A stretch of DNA of 64,000 nucleotides from an uncultured Thermoprotei archaeon (GCA_965367815.1 CBDUKN010000002.1:1-64000); one strand, 5' to 3'. Positions 49,425 to 59,755 are shown, numbered from the stretch's first letter. Translations and numbers: made by a program. The notes: generated from the letters alone by a model not told the origin.

Positions 49425-49490
49425 TCCCCGCCTACATGACGACCTTAGGGGGATGAGAATGAGTGTTAGGTCGGCCAGCGGGGGACATTA
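49425..49490 (+). ncRNA. Candidate H/ACA guide sRNA
   Basis: Lower stem TCCCCGC/GCGGGGG, internal pocket, upper stem GACCT/AGGTC, GATGA..TGA K-loop-like motif, terminal ACA (49485-49487). Confidence 0.6.
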
Positions 49491-50456
49491 TTCTCTTAAA
49501 TAGTTTATCATGATCGGTATTATTTTACTTAAGAACATTGCCGAGTACTTTACACTTTTATCCATTCGCTTAAGAATTTTTCTTTTGAGATCAGTATACA
49601 CTACTATTGCTTCTCCTCTAAGTCTATGTAATCTTTTCTCTGGATGAGGAATATCTAGTATTACTCTTGTTTTAACACCCATTATAAGTTCTCCATCGAC
49701 TTTTATTTCTACATAGTTTTTCTCAAAAGTTTCCGCGACTTTAGGTGGAGCGGGACAATCTACTAGTGAGGATAACGAGAAATATTCCGTAGAATTCTTG
49801 AAAGTAGCTGCAATTATTAGTTGAGTTAACTCTTCTTCACGATTAAAAGGACTAAGTATAAAGCCTATAAGTGGTGAAGCTCCTTCAAAAGGAGGACTTC
49901 TAATCAATAGCACAGTCGAGTCCCCTAAATATACTAGAAGCCCTGAAGTCCGCACATAACTAATAGACTTAGCAGTCTTCAATTTACTTTTAATAGAACT
50001 AACTACGAATGCATCGTCTTTTGCATACGTTATATACGGATGACAAAAAATAGCATACGTTATACAAATAATTATGGTCAAAATGAAGTAAATTGCGGCC
50101 GCTACTTCACTTATTTCTCCCAGCTTTCCTTCAATAGCGCAGACTAGTACAGCCACTATCTCAGTAAATAAGTATATTGTGATTACGTCAGATAAGCCTA
50201 GACCCTTAAAAATACATCCTAAGTGAGATGCCCCATACTTGAACTCTGGCACCACCTTCTTAACGGCTACTCCTGCCATCATCCTACTTAGCCATATTAA
50301 CAAAAATCCTGCCGTAAGGAAAAATATGGCTAAAAACAGATCCTCTATATTAAAGTAGACAATATACATTCCAAGTAATGGAGCATGAAGCACTACGAAG
50401 ATTAACCCAGCGACTAGCAATAGTAGGTTTAACACATAATCTTTCCTCAACAGCAT
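49488..50456 (-). CDS. Hypothetical membrane protein
   Basis: Four N-terminal TM helices plus a soluble domain. Confidence 0.7.
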   Translation of the reverse strand: MLLRKDYVLNLLLLVAGLIFVVLHAPLLGMYIVYFNIEDLFLAIFFLTAGFLLIWLSRMMAGVAVKKVVPEFKYGASHLGCIFKGLGLSDVITIYLFTEIVAVLVCAIEGKLGEISEVAAAIYFILTIIICITYAIFCHPYITYAKDDAFVVSSIKSKLKTAKSISYVRTSGLLVYLGDSTVLLIRSPPFEGASPLIGFILSPFNREEELTQLIIAATFKNSTEYFSLSSLVDCPAPPKVAETFEKNYVEIKVDGELIMGVKTRVILDIPHPEKRLHRLRGEAIVVYTDLKRKILKRMDKSVKYSAMFLSKIIPIMINYLRE

Positions 50457-50495
50457 TTAAATTTTTAATGAAAATAGAATCAAGTACATCAGAAA

Positions 50496-50543
50496 TCAGC
50501 TGTCCTGGCCTTCCGCACTGCTCGGCGTAGTTCCGGTCATCAT
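50496..50543 (-). ncRNA. Box C/D guide sRNA
   Basis: ATGATGA-ccggaactacg-CCGA-gca-GTGCGGA-aggccaggacag-CTGA. Confidence 0.82.
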
Positions 50544-50647
50544 CTACATATTATTTCCTAGTTGAACTTTATTAACTTAATGTCCTTTTCAAAGACCTCT
50601 AAGGGAAAGTATTATTTTAAAGCCGATTGTAATTTAAATAGGGGCCT

Positions 50648-51670
50648 GTGAGAGCTTTTAGGATAATCGGTCCTCTTAAAGGCGAAGTAGTTGAACAGAA
50701 GGTATATGAAATTAAAGCAAATGAAGTCCTAGTTCGGGTTGGCGCATGTGGTATTTGTGGAACCGACATACATATTTTCAAAGGAGAATTGCCTCTCAAA
50801 TATCCTGTAGTGCCTGGACACGAGATCTCAGGCGAAGTAATTGAAGTGGGTAGTGAAGTTCAGTTTTTCCGAAAAGGCGACAAAGTAGCTGTTAACCCTA
50901 ATTTATATTGCAGGAAATGCTATTACTGTAAAAGAGGGCTCGTACATTTTTGTGAAAACTGGAAGGCTATAGGTATTCACTTACCAGGAGGTTTTGCTGA
51001 ATACGTTAAGGTTCCTGAATTTCTTTTGCATAAAGTTCCCGAAACACTTTCTTTCGAGGAAGCTGCTTTCGCGGAACCTATTGCATGTTGTCTTCACGGT
51101 ATACGGAGGCTTGAAATAAGTACGGGAGACAAGGTAGCTGTATTTGGGTTAGGTCCTATAGGACTTATTCACATACAGTTAGCTAAGATGTCTGGCGCTT
51201 CTTTAGTGGTAGGTATTGATCTTATTGAGAAAAAACTAAAAATAGCTGAAAGCCTTGGAGCAGACTACACCATCAATGCCGGCTCAAAAGATCCTGTTAA
51301 AGAGATAATGAGTTTGACTGAAGGTAGAGGCGTAGATAAAGTTATTGAGGCTACAGGTAGCCCTAAGGTACTTGAACAAGCTCTTAGAGTAATTGACTAC
51401 TGCGGGAAAATACTCGTTTTCGGTGTTGCTCCACCAGAGGCTAAAGTCAATATCTCTCCGTACATAGTTTACCGAAAGGAAGTCACGATAATGGGCTCTT
51501 TTACGAATCCCTTTACAACAGAAGATTCCGTGAAACTGCTTTCGAGCGGCGTAGTTAAAGTAAAGCCTCTAGTATCTCACGTAATACGTCTAGAAGACAT
51601 AGTAGAATACTTCAATAGAATTATGAGGAGAGACAAGGATATAATAAAAGTTCTCGTGAAGCCAGGATAG
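50648..51670 (+). CDS. Zn-dependent (MDR) alcohol/polyol dehydrogenase
   Basis: GICGTD, GHE, CRKCYYC..C, GLGPIG. Confidence 0.93.
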   Translation: MRAFRIIGPLKGEVVEQKVYEIKANEVLVRVGACGICGTDIHIFKGELPLKYPVVPGHEISGEVIEVGSEVQFFRKGDKVAVNPNLYCRKCYYCKRGLVHFCENWKAIGIHLPGGFAEYVKVPEFLLHKVPETLSFEEAAFAEPIACCLHGIRRLEISTGDKVAVFGLGPIGLIHIQLAKMSGASLVVGIDLIEKKLKIAESLGADYTINAGSKDPVKEIMSLTEGRGVDKVIEATGSPKVLEQALRVIDYCGKILVFGVAPPEAKVNISPYIVYRKEVTIMGSFTNPFTTEDSVKLLSSGVVKVKPLVSHVIRLEDIVEYFNRIMRRDKDIIKVLVKPG

Positions 51671-51859
51671 TCCACTTTGATTTAGAAGCGAGTATTTGAA
51701 AAATTTATATACTTTTGGATAGATTTATATCGGGGTCTGGTGATGGAGCGCCAACCAAGATAACTTTAGAAGCATACTACTCTCAGCTACTTGGCGCTAG
51801 CTTCTTTTCAGTAGAAAAGATTTTAGAGCTTAAGTCTATAAGCCTTTGTCTTCCAGGAG

Positions 51860-53326
51860 GTGAAGGAAATGTCTGAGAAAACCAAGTTACTGGGTATTTC
51901 TGTTAAGAAGAGTGAAGACTTTTCAGAGTGGTATACGCAAGTAGTGCTTAAAGCAGAGCTCTGCGATTATGCTCCAGTACACGGCTGCATTGTAATACGC
52001 GAATACGGTTACGCTATATGGGAAAAAATCCAGAAGATTCTTGACGAGAAGTTCAAGAAAATGGGTGTTAAGAACGTTTACTTCCCTTCACTGATACCTG
52101 AAAGCCTTTTAACAAAAGAGGCTGAGCACTTCAAGGGATTTAAACCTGAAGTAGCCTGGGTTACTCATGGAGGAGACAGTCCTCTGCAAGAAAAGCTCGC
52201 TATAAGACCTACATCCGAGACAATAATGTACTGTATGTTCAGCAAGTGGATTAAAAGCTGGAGAGACCTTCCTCTAAAAGTCAACCAATGGTGTAATGTA
52301 GTTAGATGGGAAATAAAGTCAACGAAGCCTTTCTTAAGGACAACAGAGTTCCTATGGCAGGAAGGCCATACAGTACACGAGACTTTCGAAGACGCAGAGA
52401 AGCAGGTCATGGAAGTACTTCAAGTGTATAAAGACCTCGTAGAGAACTATCTAGCTATACCGGTGATTGTAGGCAAGAAAAGTGAGGGAGAAAAGTTTGC
52501 TGGAGCACTCTACACGACAACTCTTGAAGCAATAATGCCTGACGGCAGAGCAGTTCAAATGGGAACAAGCCACCACTTAGGACAAAATTTCGCCAAGGCA
52601 TTTGAAATAAAGTTTACGGGAAGAGACGGTAAAATGCACTATGCCTGGCAGACTTCTTGGGGAGTTTCGACTAGACTAATAGGAGCCTTAGTAATGGTCC
52701 ACGGTGACGATAAAGGCCTAGTGCTGCCTCCGCGTATAGCGCCTATTCACGTAGTCATAATACCTATTTTCTATAACGAGGAACAGGAGAAAATCGTAAT
52801 GAAGTATATTGACGAGATAAGAAAGAAACTCGAAGAAAAAGACATCGTGGTATATGTAGATGATCGTAAGGAAAAGACTCCTGGATGGAAGTTCTATGAG
52901 TGGGAGCTGAAGGGAGTTCCTCTGCGCCTCGAAATAGGCCCTAGAGACACTCAGAACAATACAGTAGTTGTCTTCAGACGAGACCTGCTTAAGAAAGAAA
53001 CTGTGAATGTAGAAGACTTCATAAACAATGTTGAAAAAATACTCGACGATATCCAGCAAACATTATTCAATAAGGCTAAAAAGCTTTTAGAGGAGTTTAC
53101 AACATATGTAGAGACTTTCAATGAATTCAAGAAAGTTATAGAAACTAAAGGAGGCTTCATAGTAGCCCCGTGGTGCGGCACTCTTGAGTGCGAGGAAGCT
53201 ATAAAGGAAGAGACAGGAGCTACTGTAAGAGCAATACCCTTCGACCAGCCTAAAGAACTAAATAAGCCATGCGTATACTGCGGCTCTAAGGCTAAGTATA
53301 TAGCTTACTTTGCTAAGAGCTATTAG
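51860..53326 (+). CDS. proS: Prolyl-tRNA synthetase (archaeal/eukaryotic type)
   Basis: IRPTSET, FLWQEGHT, QTSWGVSTR, C-terminal AKSY. Confidence 0.97.
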   Translation: MKEMSEKTKLLGISVKKSEDFSEWYTQVVLKAELCDYAPVHGCIVIREYGYAIWEKIQKILDEKFKKMGVKNVYFPSLIPESLLTKEAEHFKGFKPEVAWVTHGGDSPLQEKLAIRPTSETIMYCMFSKWIKSWRDLPLKVNQWCNVVRWEIKSTKPFLRTTEFLWQEGHTVHETFEDAEKQVMEVLQVYKDLVENYLAIPVIVGKKSEGEKFAGALYTTTLEAIMPDGRAVQMGTSHHLGQNFAKAFEIKFTGRDGKMHYAWQTSWGVSTRLIGALVMVHGDDKGLVLPPRIAPIHVVIIPIFYNEEQEKIVMKYIDEIRKKLEEKDIVVYVDDRKEKTPGWKFYEWELKGVPLRLEIGPRDTQNNTVVVFRRDLLKKETVNVEDFINNVEKILDDIQQTLFNKAKKLLEEFTTYVETFNEFKKVIETKGGFIVAPWCGTLECEEAIKEETGATVRAIPFDQPKELNKPCVYCGSKAKYIAYFAKSY

Positions 53327-53529
53327 CCTCCTGATACAATAGGTAGTATAGTTATTTTATCTCCGTCTTTTAAAACATAGTCTTCTTTAACTGCTTCAGC
53401 ATCTTTAATCACAATAAACCTGTTTCTATTTATGTTCAGCTTCTTCAAAAGAACCTTGAGCACTGTTCCTTCGGGAAGCTCTACTTCAATTGTTTTACCC
53501 TATAGAAGCATTTTGACAAACACTTTCAC
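53323..53529 (-). pseudogene. MoaD/ThiS/SAMP ubiquitin-like gene with in-frame TAG at codon 10
   Basis: MKVFVKMLL*GKTIEVELPEG...LKDGDKITILPIVSGG; TAG at 53500-53502. Confidence 0.8.
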
Positions 53530-53587
53530 GTAAATAGAAATAAATAGCAATAAATATTAGGCTATTGTCTTAAAAGTAAATTCGGAA

Positions 53588-53637
53588 GTGATGATAGGGA
53601 AGAGAGCTGAGTTAATGAAGAAAGGTACCAAAGCTGA
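53588..53637 (+). ncRNA. Box C/D guide sRNA, probably targeting the 23S peptidyl-transferase region
   Basis: GTGATGA-tagggaagagag-CTGA-gtta-ATGAAGA-aaggtaccaaag-CTGA; complements CUCUUCCC and UUUGGUACCU, which resemble the flanks of conserved GAUGUCG. Confidence 0.88.
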
Positions 53638-53666
53638 TATTTCTTGAAACTAAAATACCTAGTATT

Positions 53667-54692
53667 TTGTCTTATAGAGAGGTGGATGAAGTGCAGCGCA
53701 GTAAGCTCCTTTTAGCGGCTTTAGCTTTAATAGGAGTACTGGTATTATCTCTTCTAGTATATAGAGCGTACTTGCTCAAGCAGTCTGAAAAGAAGCTTGA
53801 AGAAGAGCTCTACGAAGTACTCAACGAGCTTAAGAATATTAAGCCGCGCAAGCCTATTCAAGTTGAACTTAAAGGCAAGGCGGTATGGTGCTGGGGTACT
53901 ACTATCACAAAATATGGTCCAGAGAGAATAGTGAACACTTGTAAGAGCCTTGGCATCAAACACATTTTTGTTTTAGTAAAGGGTGTCAGCGGAACAGTTG
54001 TCAAAAACGTTATTGCTGAAATACTTCCTCTAGCCCACAAGAACGGTATTTATGTTCACGCATGGACAGTGTGTTTTGTAGATGAATCTAATCCAGGTGC
54101 TTCTCCTGACTCATACGAGTACCGTAAGTACTTGCTGAAGGTGTTAGCAGAGTTTCTTTTACTAAATGCTTCCGGCGAATATGTTGACGGAATACACTTG
54201 GACTACATTAGGTACGGCGGAATGGCTGAAAATAAGTGGAAACAAGTCTCTTCTTTTGTCTACGAAGTACGAGTACTTATAGACAAGTATGCTCCGGGAG
54301 TAGTGCTGAGTATTGCTTCTAAGGCAGAGGACTATACGAGCCCGAAGTCTCTTGCTGCGAGCGCGCTTTATTATGGCCAGAACTATACTGACTTGGCTAA
54401 GTATGTTGACTTGTTCTGCCCGATGACATATTACTTGGACTACGGCGTTTCTCCGCGTGAGGCAATGATAGGCGCTAAATGGGTTAAAGACTTAACAGGC
54501 AAACCTGTTTTTGCTGGAATACAGCTCCATCCAGTAGACTCGCTTAAGCCTACTGTAAACGAGATTAAAAATTCCCTAGATACTTGTATTGAGGAAAAAT
54601 TAGATGGAATAATTTTCTTCAAGATGCACCATCTTATGGAGCGGCTAGATGAGCTAGGACCTTTGATAGCCGAATATAGTTTCGAGCCCTAG
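53667..54692 (+). CDS. Membrane-anchored glycoside-hydrolase-like TIM barrel (GHL10/DUF187-like)
   Basis: N-terminal TM; VHAW, VDGIHLDYIRY, GQ, PMTY. Confidence 0.75.
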   Translation: MSYREVDEVQRSKLLLAALALIGVLVLSLLVYRAYLLKQSEKKLEEELYEVLNELKNIKPRKPIQVELKGKAVWCWGTTITKYGPERIVNTCKSLGIKHIFVLVKGVSGTVVKNVIAEILPLAHKNGIYVHAWTVCFVDESNPGASPDSYEYRKYLLKVLAEFLLLNASGEYVDGIHLDYIRYGGMAENKWKQVSSFVYEVRVLIDKYAPGVVLSIASKAEDYTSPKSLAASALYYGQNYTDLAKYVDLFCPMTYYLDYGVSPREAMIGAKWVKDLTGKPVFAGIQLHPVDSLKPTVNEIKNSLDTCIEEKLDGIIFFKMHHLMERLDELGPLIAEYSFEP

Positions 54693-55671
54693 ATACTACT
54701 CATGTCTATAGGCTCTTTCTTCTTCGACGAAAGGTATACTGCTTCTATTATTTTTTGTGTTTCAACGCCCTCGTCTTCATTTACTGAAGGAGTCTTGTCT
54801 TTTAGTATGCACTCAATGAAGTGCTTCATTTCTTTAATATACATTAGCTGAACATCTTCTTTGCGCTCTTTTTCTTCTCTTGTTCCGTCTCTTTTACTTA
54901 GTTTGATTAGTCCGTCAAGATATCCTTGTATGCTTAGAGTTCCGTTTCTGCAGACTATGCCCCAGCTTCTATATGGATGTGTTGGAGCCCAGCTTTGTAC
55001 AAGTGTGCTTACGGCGCCGTTTTCGTGATAAAGTACTACTGTAGCGTTGTCTTCTATTGTTATTTCTTCTTGGCTGCGTGTGAGCTCTGCGTAGACTTTC
55101 TTTACAGGTCCTGCTACCCACCTATAGAAATCTAGTATGTGGACACCATTTTCACATGTCATGCCTCCGCTTTTTTCCTTGTATTTTATCCAGTCGGCGT
55201 AAGTCGGTACTCTCCCTAAAGCCACATGCCATAGTTTAACGGGTTCTCCTAGCTCGCTGACTAGGTTTTTAGCATAGCTGAAGAGACCATGGTATCTTAG
55301 GCAGAGACCTAGCATTAGCTTTAAGCCTGTTTTCTTTACTGTATTTCTTACTTCAATAGCGTCTTTAAGAAAAATGGCCATCGGCTTCTCTAAGAACACA
55401 TGCTTTCCTGCCTTGAGAGCCTCTATTGCCTGCTCTTTATGTAGATAGGGAGGAGTTCCTATTATAACAGCGTCTATTTCCTTGTCTTCGAGGAGCTTGT
55501 AGAAATCTATATAGACTTTGGGTACTTTGTATTCTTCAGCAGCTTCTTTGCTCTCTCTTCAATAATATCGCATACAGCTACTACTTCTCCCTTTTCTATC
55601 AACTTGAAGCTCTTTAAGTGTGTGCCTCCAATAAAACCACATCCAACTACTCCGAACTTTACTTTACTCAC
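54689..55671 (-). pseudogene. Gfo/Idh/MocA oxidoreductase with one frameshift (~55547)
   Basis: MSKVKFGVVGCGFIG in one frame; DAVIIGTPP..GKHVFLEKP and ENGVH in another. Confidence 0.85.
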
Positions 55672-55818
55672 GGTCACGAAACTTTAGCCCTCTATTTATA
55701 CCTTATTTAGGTAAACTATGATAGCTAGATTTTATGCTAGTAATATTTAGGTAATGCCTCAGTAATAGTGTTCCTTATTCTCTGTCACCTATTTAAATCA
55801 TCTATGATAGAGTGATGT

Positions 55819-56340
55819 GTGAATCGCATAATGTTTTCATTAGTCTCCAGAGTATCAGTAATACTCACGTCTACTCTAGCGCTAATCACTGCCTACTCGG
55901 CGATCGAAGTCTTCATAACAGGAAGTACTTCAGCAATACTACTTGTTCCTGCAGTCGCCGCCGTCTTTGCTCAAGCACTGCTATTTACATGGTCGATAAT
56001 AACGCTAGTCAGTTTAATCAAAAACAGTAATGGTAAAAACTGGCTTAACTTAACTAAAGCACTGCTCATAGGCCTTTCACTAGCACTCTGTACTTGGTCT
56101 CTACCTTGTCTATATGAAAAATATGTAGCCGCATGTACTAGGAAAGTAATTTTACCTGAATTTGAGTACGACTACAGTCTACTCATAGGGGGAGCACTGC
56201 TGGGCCTCGGAGGAGTACTTATGATAGCAAAGCAGGCCGCTCAAGACCTACCTGTGATCCTTAAGTCAAGTATAAGTCTTCTATCTAAACTCAAAGAATC
56301 TTTACTAAATAGTGGAGAAATAGTTATTTCAGAAGAATAG
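55819..56340 (+). CDS. Hypothetical membrane protein
   Basis: Four hydrophobic helices. Confidence 0.65.
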   Translation: MNRIMFSLVSRVSVILTSTLALITAYSAIEVFITGSTSAILLVPAVAAVFAQALLFTWSIITLVSLIKNSNGKNWLNLTKALLIGLSLALCTWSLPCLYEKYVAACTRKVILPEFEYDYSLLIGGALLGLGGVLMIAKQAAQDLPVILKSSISLLSKLKESLLNSGEIVISEE

Positions 56341-56469
56341 TCTGCTAAGTCTTTGGTAGAACTATTTCCTTGAATAAGTGATATTCTGCTCTCTTTCTCT
56401 GAAATAAATAGAGGAGTCATGAGACTTTACCAAAAATTTTAAAGTTTTCCGCAAGCTTTTTATTGAGCG

Positions 56470-58071
56470 ATGCCCAATAAGAGAAGGTGGTTTGATGCGC
56501 CAATTTCAGTAGCTTCCTCGGAGAACGTTCTAGTGCCTAAGCGCCATTACGAAATTCTCTCATCTGTCTATAGAGGAGTCCACTCTGTAGAAAAACTCGC
56601 AGAAAAACTAGATACTTCTCCTTCGGCACTAATGAGAGACTTAGCTGAACTCGAGGCCAGAGGACTTATAAAAACTAGAAGAAAGAAAACATACGAAGTC
56701 GAGTTGACAGATGAGGGTAAAAAGTATTCTGAGCTAGGGCTTCCGGAGAAAAGACTTCTCCTTCTCCTACTGAAGCTTAAAGAGAAGGATAAGCCCTCGC
56801 TTAGCTTGAAGGAAGCTCCGCAGATAGCATCAGAAGAAGGCATTGAGCTAAACGCTAGAGAAGCAGTTATCGCACTACAACACTTAGCTAGAAGGAAACT
56901 CTGCTCAGTGAGTAAAGGTGTAGTAGAATTAATAGCAGGTGAAAAAGAAATATCCGAGTTTATAAGGCATTTAGAAGAAAAAGAAAAGAAACTAAAGGAA
57001 GTGCTAGCAGAGAAAGAGAGACTCGATGTAAGCGATTTAAGCGAATTCAAGTCCCGTAGGCTTCTAAAGATAAAGGAGCGCGCAATTATCAAGGTATATT
57101 TGACGGATCAAGCTAAGCTACTTTTAGAGAAGAACCTCATTAAGCCCGCCGAGATAGTAACTAGACTTACACCCGAACTAATTATTTCAGGGAAGTGGAA
57201 AGAAGTAATCATAAAGAAATTCGACTTAAGCGTAGACGTCCCAACGCTTCATCCTAGCCGCAAACACCCCTACATGGAGCTACTCGACGAAATAAGAGAC
57301 ATATTGATGTCTATGGGCTTTGAAGAAATGAAGGGCCCTCATGTAGAACTAGAGCTCTGGAACTTCGATGCACTATTCCAGGCACAAGACCATCCGGCGA
57401 GAGAAGTACACGACACATTCTATCTTAAGTATCCGACACAGGGCTACATCGAGGACAAAGAGCTTCTCAAGAGAATTAAAGCTGTACACGAAAACGGATG
57501 GATAACAGGCTCAAGGGGGTGGAGATACAAGTGGCGCGCCGAAAAAGCTCTAAGCCTTATACTGAGGACACAGACTACAGCCGTATCTACTAGAACACTG
57601 TATGAGAGAGGTGACGGAGAGTACAGGTGCTTTGCACTAGACAGAGTATTCCGCCCCGAAACTCTGGATCCTACACACTCTATGGAGTTCTACCAGCTAG
57701 AAGGAATAATCGTAGGGCGCTCTGTTACATTCAGGCACTTGCTAGGCTTCTTCGTAGAATTCGCTAAGAAACTCGGATTAGGTAAAGTGAAAATCAAGCC
57801 AGCATACTTCCCGTTCACAGAGCCTAGTGTAGAAGGATTCATTAAGCACCCGAAGCTAGGGTGGATAGAAGTATTCCCCGGAGGAATGTTCCGCCCTGAA
57901 GTACTTCTGCCTCTTGGCGTTAAAGAGTGCAATGTAGCGGCCTGGGGTATAGGCATTGATCGAATAGCTATGACTCTACTTGACATAGATGATATTAGAG
58001 ACCTGTTTTCCCAGGACTTAATGTTCCTTAGAAGCAAACCTGTTCCCTTAATCAAAAGTATTTTGAGGTGA
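56470..58071 (+). CDS. pheS: Phenylalanyl-tRNA synthetase alpha subunit
   Basis: WNFDAL, DHPARE.HDTF, LRTQTT, YFPFTEPS. Confidence 0.97.
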   Translation: MPNKRRWFDAPISVASSENVLVPKRHYEILSSVYRGVHSVEKLAEKLDTSPSALMRDLAELEARGLIKTRRKKTYEVELTDEGKKYSELGLPEKRLLLLLLKLKEKDKPSLSLKEAPQIASEEGIELNAREAVIALQHLARRKLCSVSKGVVELIAGEKEISEFIRHLEEKEKKLKEVLAEKERLDVSDLSEFKSRRLLKIKERAIIKVYLTDQAKLLLEKNLIKPAEIVTRLTPELIISGKWKEVIIKKFDLSVDVPTLHPSRKHPYMELLDEIRDILMSMGFEEMKGPHVELELWNFDALFQAQDHPAREVHDTFYLKYPTQGYIEDKELLKRIKAVHENGWITGSRGWRYKWRAEKALSLILRTQTTAVSTRTLYERGDGEYRCFALDRVFRPETLDPTHSMEFYQLEGIIVGRSVTFRHLLGFFVEFAKKLGLGKVKIKPAYFPFTEPSVEGFIKHPKLGWIEVFPGGMFRPEVLLPLGVKECNVAAWGIGIDRIAMTLLDIDDIRDLFSQDLMFLRSKPVPLIKSILR

Positions 58072-58075
58072 AAAT

Positions 58076-59737
58076 ATGCCAGCTGTAGATGTAGCTATAA
58101 ATGATTTAGAGAGACTGGTTGGAAGAAAACTAAGCACAGAGGAAATAGAGAAGTATCTTCCCATGCTCAAGTGCGAAATAGAGTCTATTGAAGAAAACGT
58201 AGTATACTACGAAGCTACCCACGATAGACCAGACTTATTCTCGGCTGAAGGCCTAGGAAGAGCACTTAAAGGCCTCCTCGAAATAGAAAAGGGGCTTAGA
58301 GTATTTAATATAAGCAAAGATAGAGTCGAGCTCTACAACGAGGGCCCAAAATATAGGCCCTATGTGTTAGGAGCAGTAGTGAGAAACTTGAGCCTTGACG
58401 AAGAATCTGTAAGGCAAATCATGAATCTTCAAGAAAGACTACACGTCACTTACTGTAGAAACAGGAGAAAAGTATCGATAGGCGTCTACGACTTAGATGC
58501 AATAAAGCCGCCCATATACTATAAAGCAGTAGACCCTGACTCAGTTTCATTTGTTCCGCTTGACGAAAAAGAGCTTATGACCTTAAGAGAAATTCTGAGG
58601 AAAACAGAGAAAGGTAGAGAATATGCTCACCTAATAGCTGAGTACAAGCAGTACCCGCTTCTAGTAGACTCAGAGAACAAAGTGCTCTCGATGCCTCCTA
58701 TCATAAACAGCGAAGACACTCGAGTCGCCGAGAATACTAAGAATGTGTTCATAGATGTTACTGGCACTGACTTAGAGGCAATGATGGATATCATCACTAT
58801 AGTTGCCACAAGTATAGCTGAGAGAGGAAACCCTGAGGAAATAGTTCCCGTAGTAGTCTACATGAAGGAGGAAAAGAAAGTGTCTCCTAGACTAGAGACA
58901 TACAACTTCTACCTAAACAGAGACCTCGTGACAAAAATCAGTGGTCTTTCACTAGACTCAAGTACCATCAAGGATTGCTTAGAAAAAATGAGACATAAAG
59001 TAGAAGAAGTAGAAGAAAATGTCTTCAAAGTAGACGTAGCACCCTACAGAATAGATATATTACATCCAATAGACTTAGTCGAAGACGTTCTAATGGCTTA
59101 CGACTACGAGAAAATAGAGCCAGAATTCTTACCGCCCACAGGTTCAGGCAAAGTAGCTCCAGTTGAAGTGATATCGCGTAAAGTAAAGGACATAATGATA
59201 GGTCTTGGCTTCCAAGAAGTAGCTAACTACATGATGAGCAACCCGGAGACTCTAATTAAGAAAATGAGACTCGAGGAAAAAGTAGTAGAAGTCAAGAACC
59301 CTAAGCTAGAGAAATACACTGCGCTCCGCAACTGGATTATACCTCAACTACTCGAAGTAGTGAGCGCCAACAAGAAAATAGGTTACCCTATCAAAATATT
59401 CGAGGTAGGAGACGTAGCCATACTAGATGAGTCAAGAGACGTAAAAGCCAGAATAGAGCGGCACCTAGCTGCAACAACAGCTTCACCAGAAGTCACTTTA
59501 ACGGATGCCTTAGTACTATGTAAATCATTCTTCAAAACACTTGGACTAGACTACACACTAAAAGAAACTATTCACAGAAGCTTCATTGAAGGACGCTGCG
59601 CAGAAATAATCTGTGGAGGCAGAAGAATAGGTATACTCGGAGAAATACATCCAGAAGTACTGACTGCTTTCGAAATAGAAACTCCAGTAGCAGCAATTGA
59701 GCTAAATATATCTGGCTTACTCGAACTCTTAGCCTAA
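58076..59737 (+). CDS. pheT: Phenylalanyl-tRNA synthetase beta subunit
   Basis: DRPDL, SMPPIINS, DILHPIDLVED, GEIHP. Confidence 0.96.
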   Translation: MPAVDVAINDLERLVGRKLSTEEIEKYLPMLKCEIESIEENVVYYEATHDRPDLFSAEGLGRALKGLLEIEKGLRVFNISKDRVELYNEGPKYRPYVLGAVVRNLSLDEESVRQIMNLQERLHVTYCRNRRKVSIGVYDLDAIKPPIYYKAVDPDSVSFVPLDEKELMTLREILRKTEKGREYAHLIAEYKQYPLLVDSENKVLSMPPIINSEDTRVAENTKNVFIDVTGTDLEAMMDIITIVATSIAERGNPEEIVPVVVYMKEEKKVSPRLETYNFYLNRDLVTKISGLSLDSSTIKDCLEKMRHKVEEVEENVFKVDVAPYRIDILHPIDLVEDVLMAYDYEKIEPEFLPPTGSGKVAPVEVISRKVKDIMIGLGFQEVANYMMSNPETLIKKMRLEEKVVEVKNPKLEKYTALRNWIIPQLLEVVSANKKIGYPIKIFEVGDVAILDESRDVKARIERHLAATTASPEVTLTDALVLCKSFFKTLGLDYTLKETIHRSFIEGRCAEIICGGRRIGILGEIHPEVLTAFEIETPVAAIELNISGLLELLA

Positions 59738-59755
59738 ATATTTATTCTCTACTCC

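Noticed and set aside
51740-51790. C/D sRNA starting at GTGATGG
   Set aside because: Box C is imperfect and there are no correctly spaced D', C' or D boxes.
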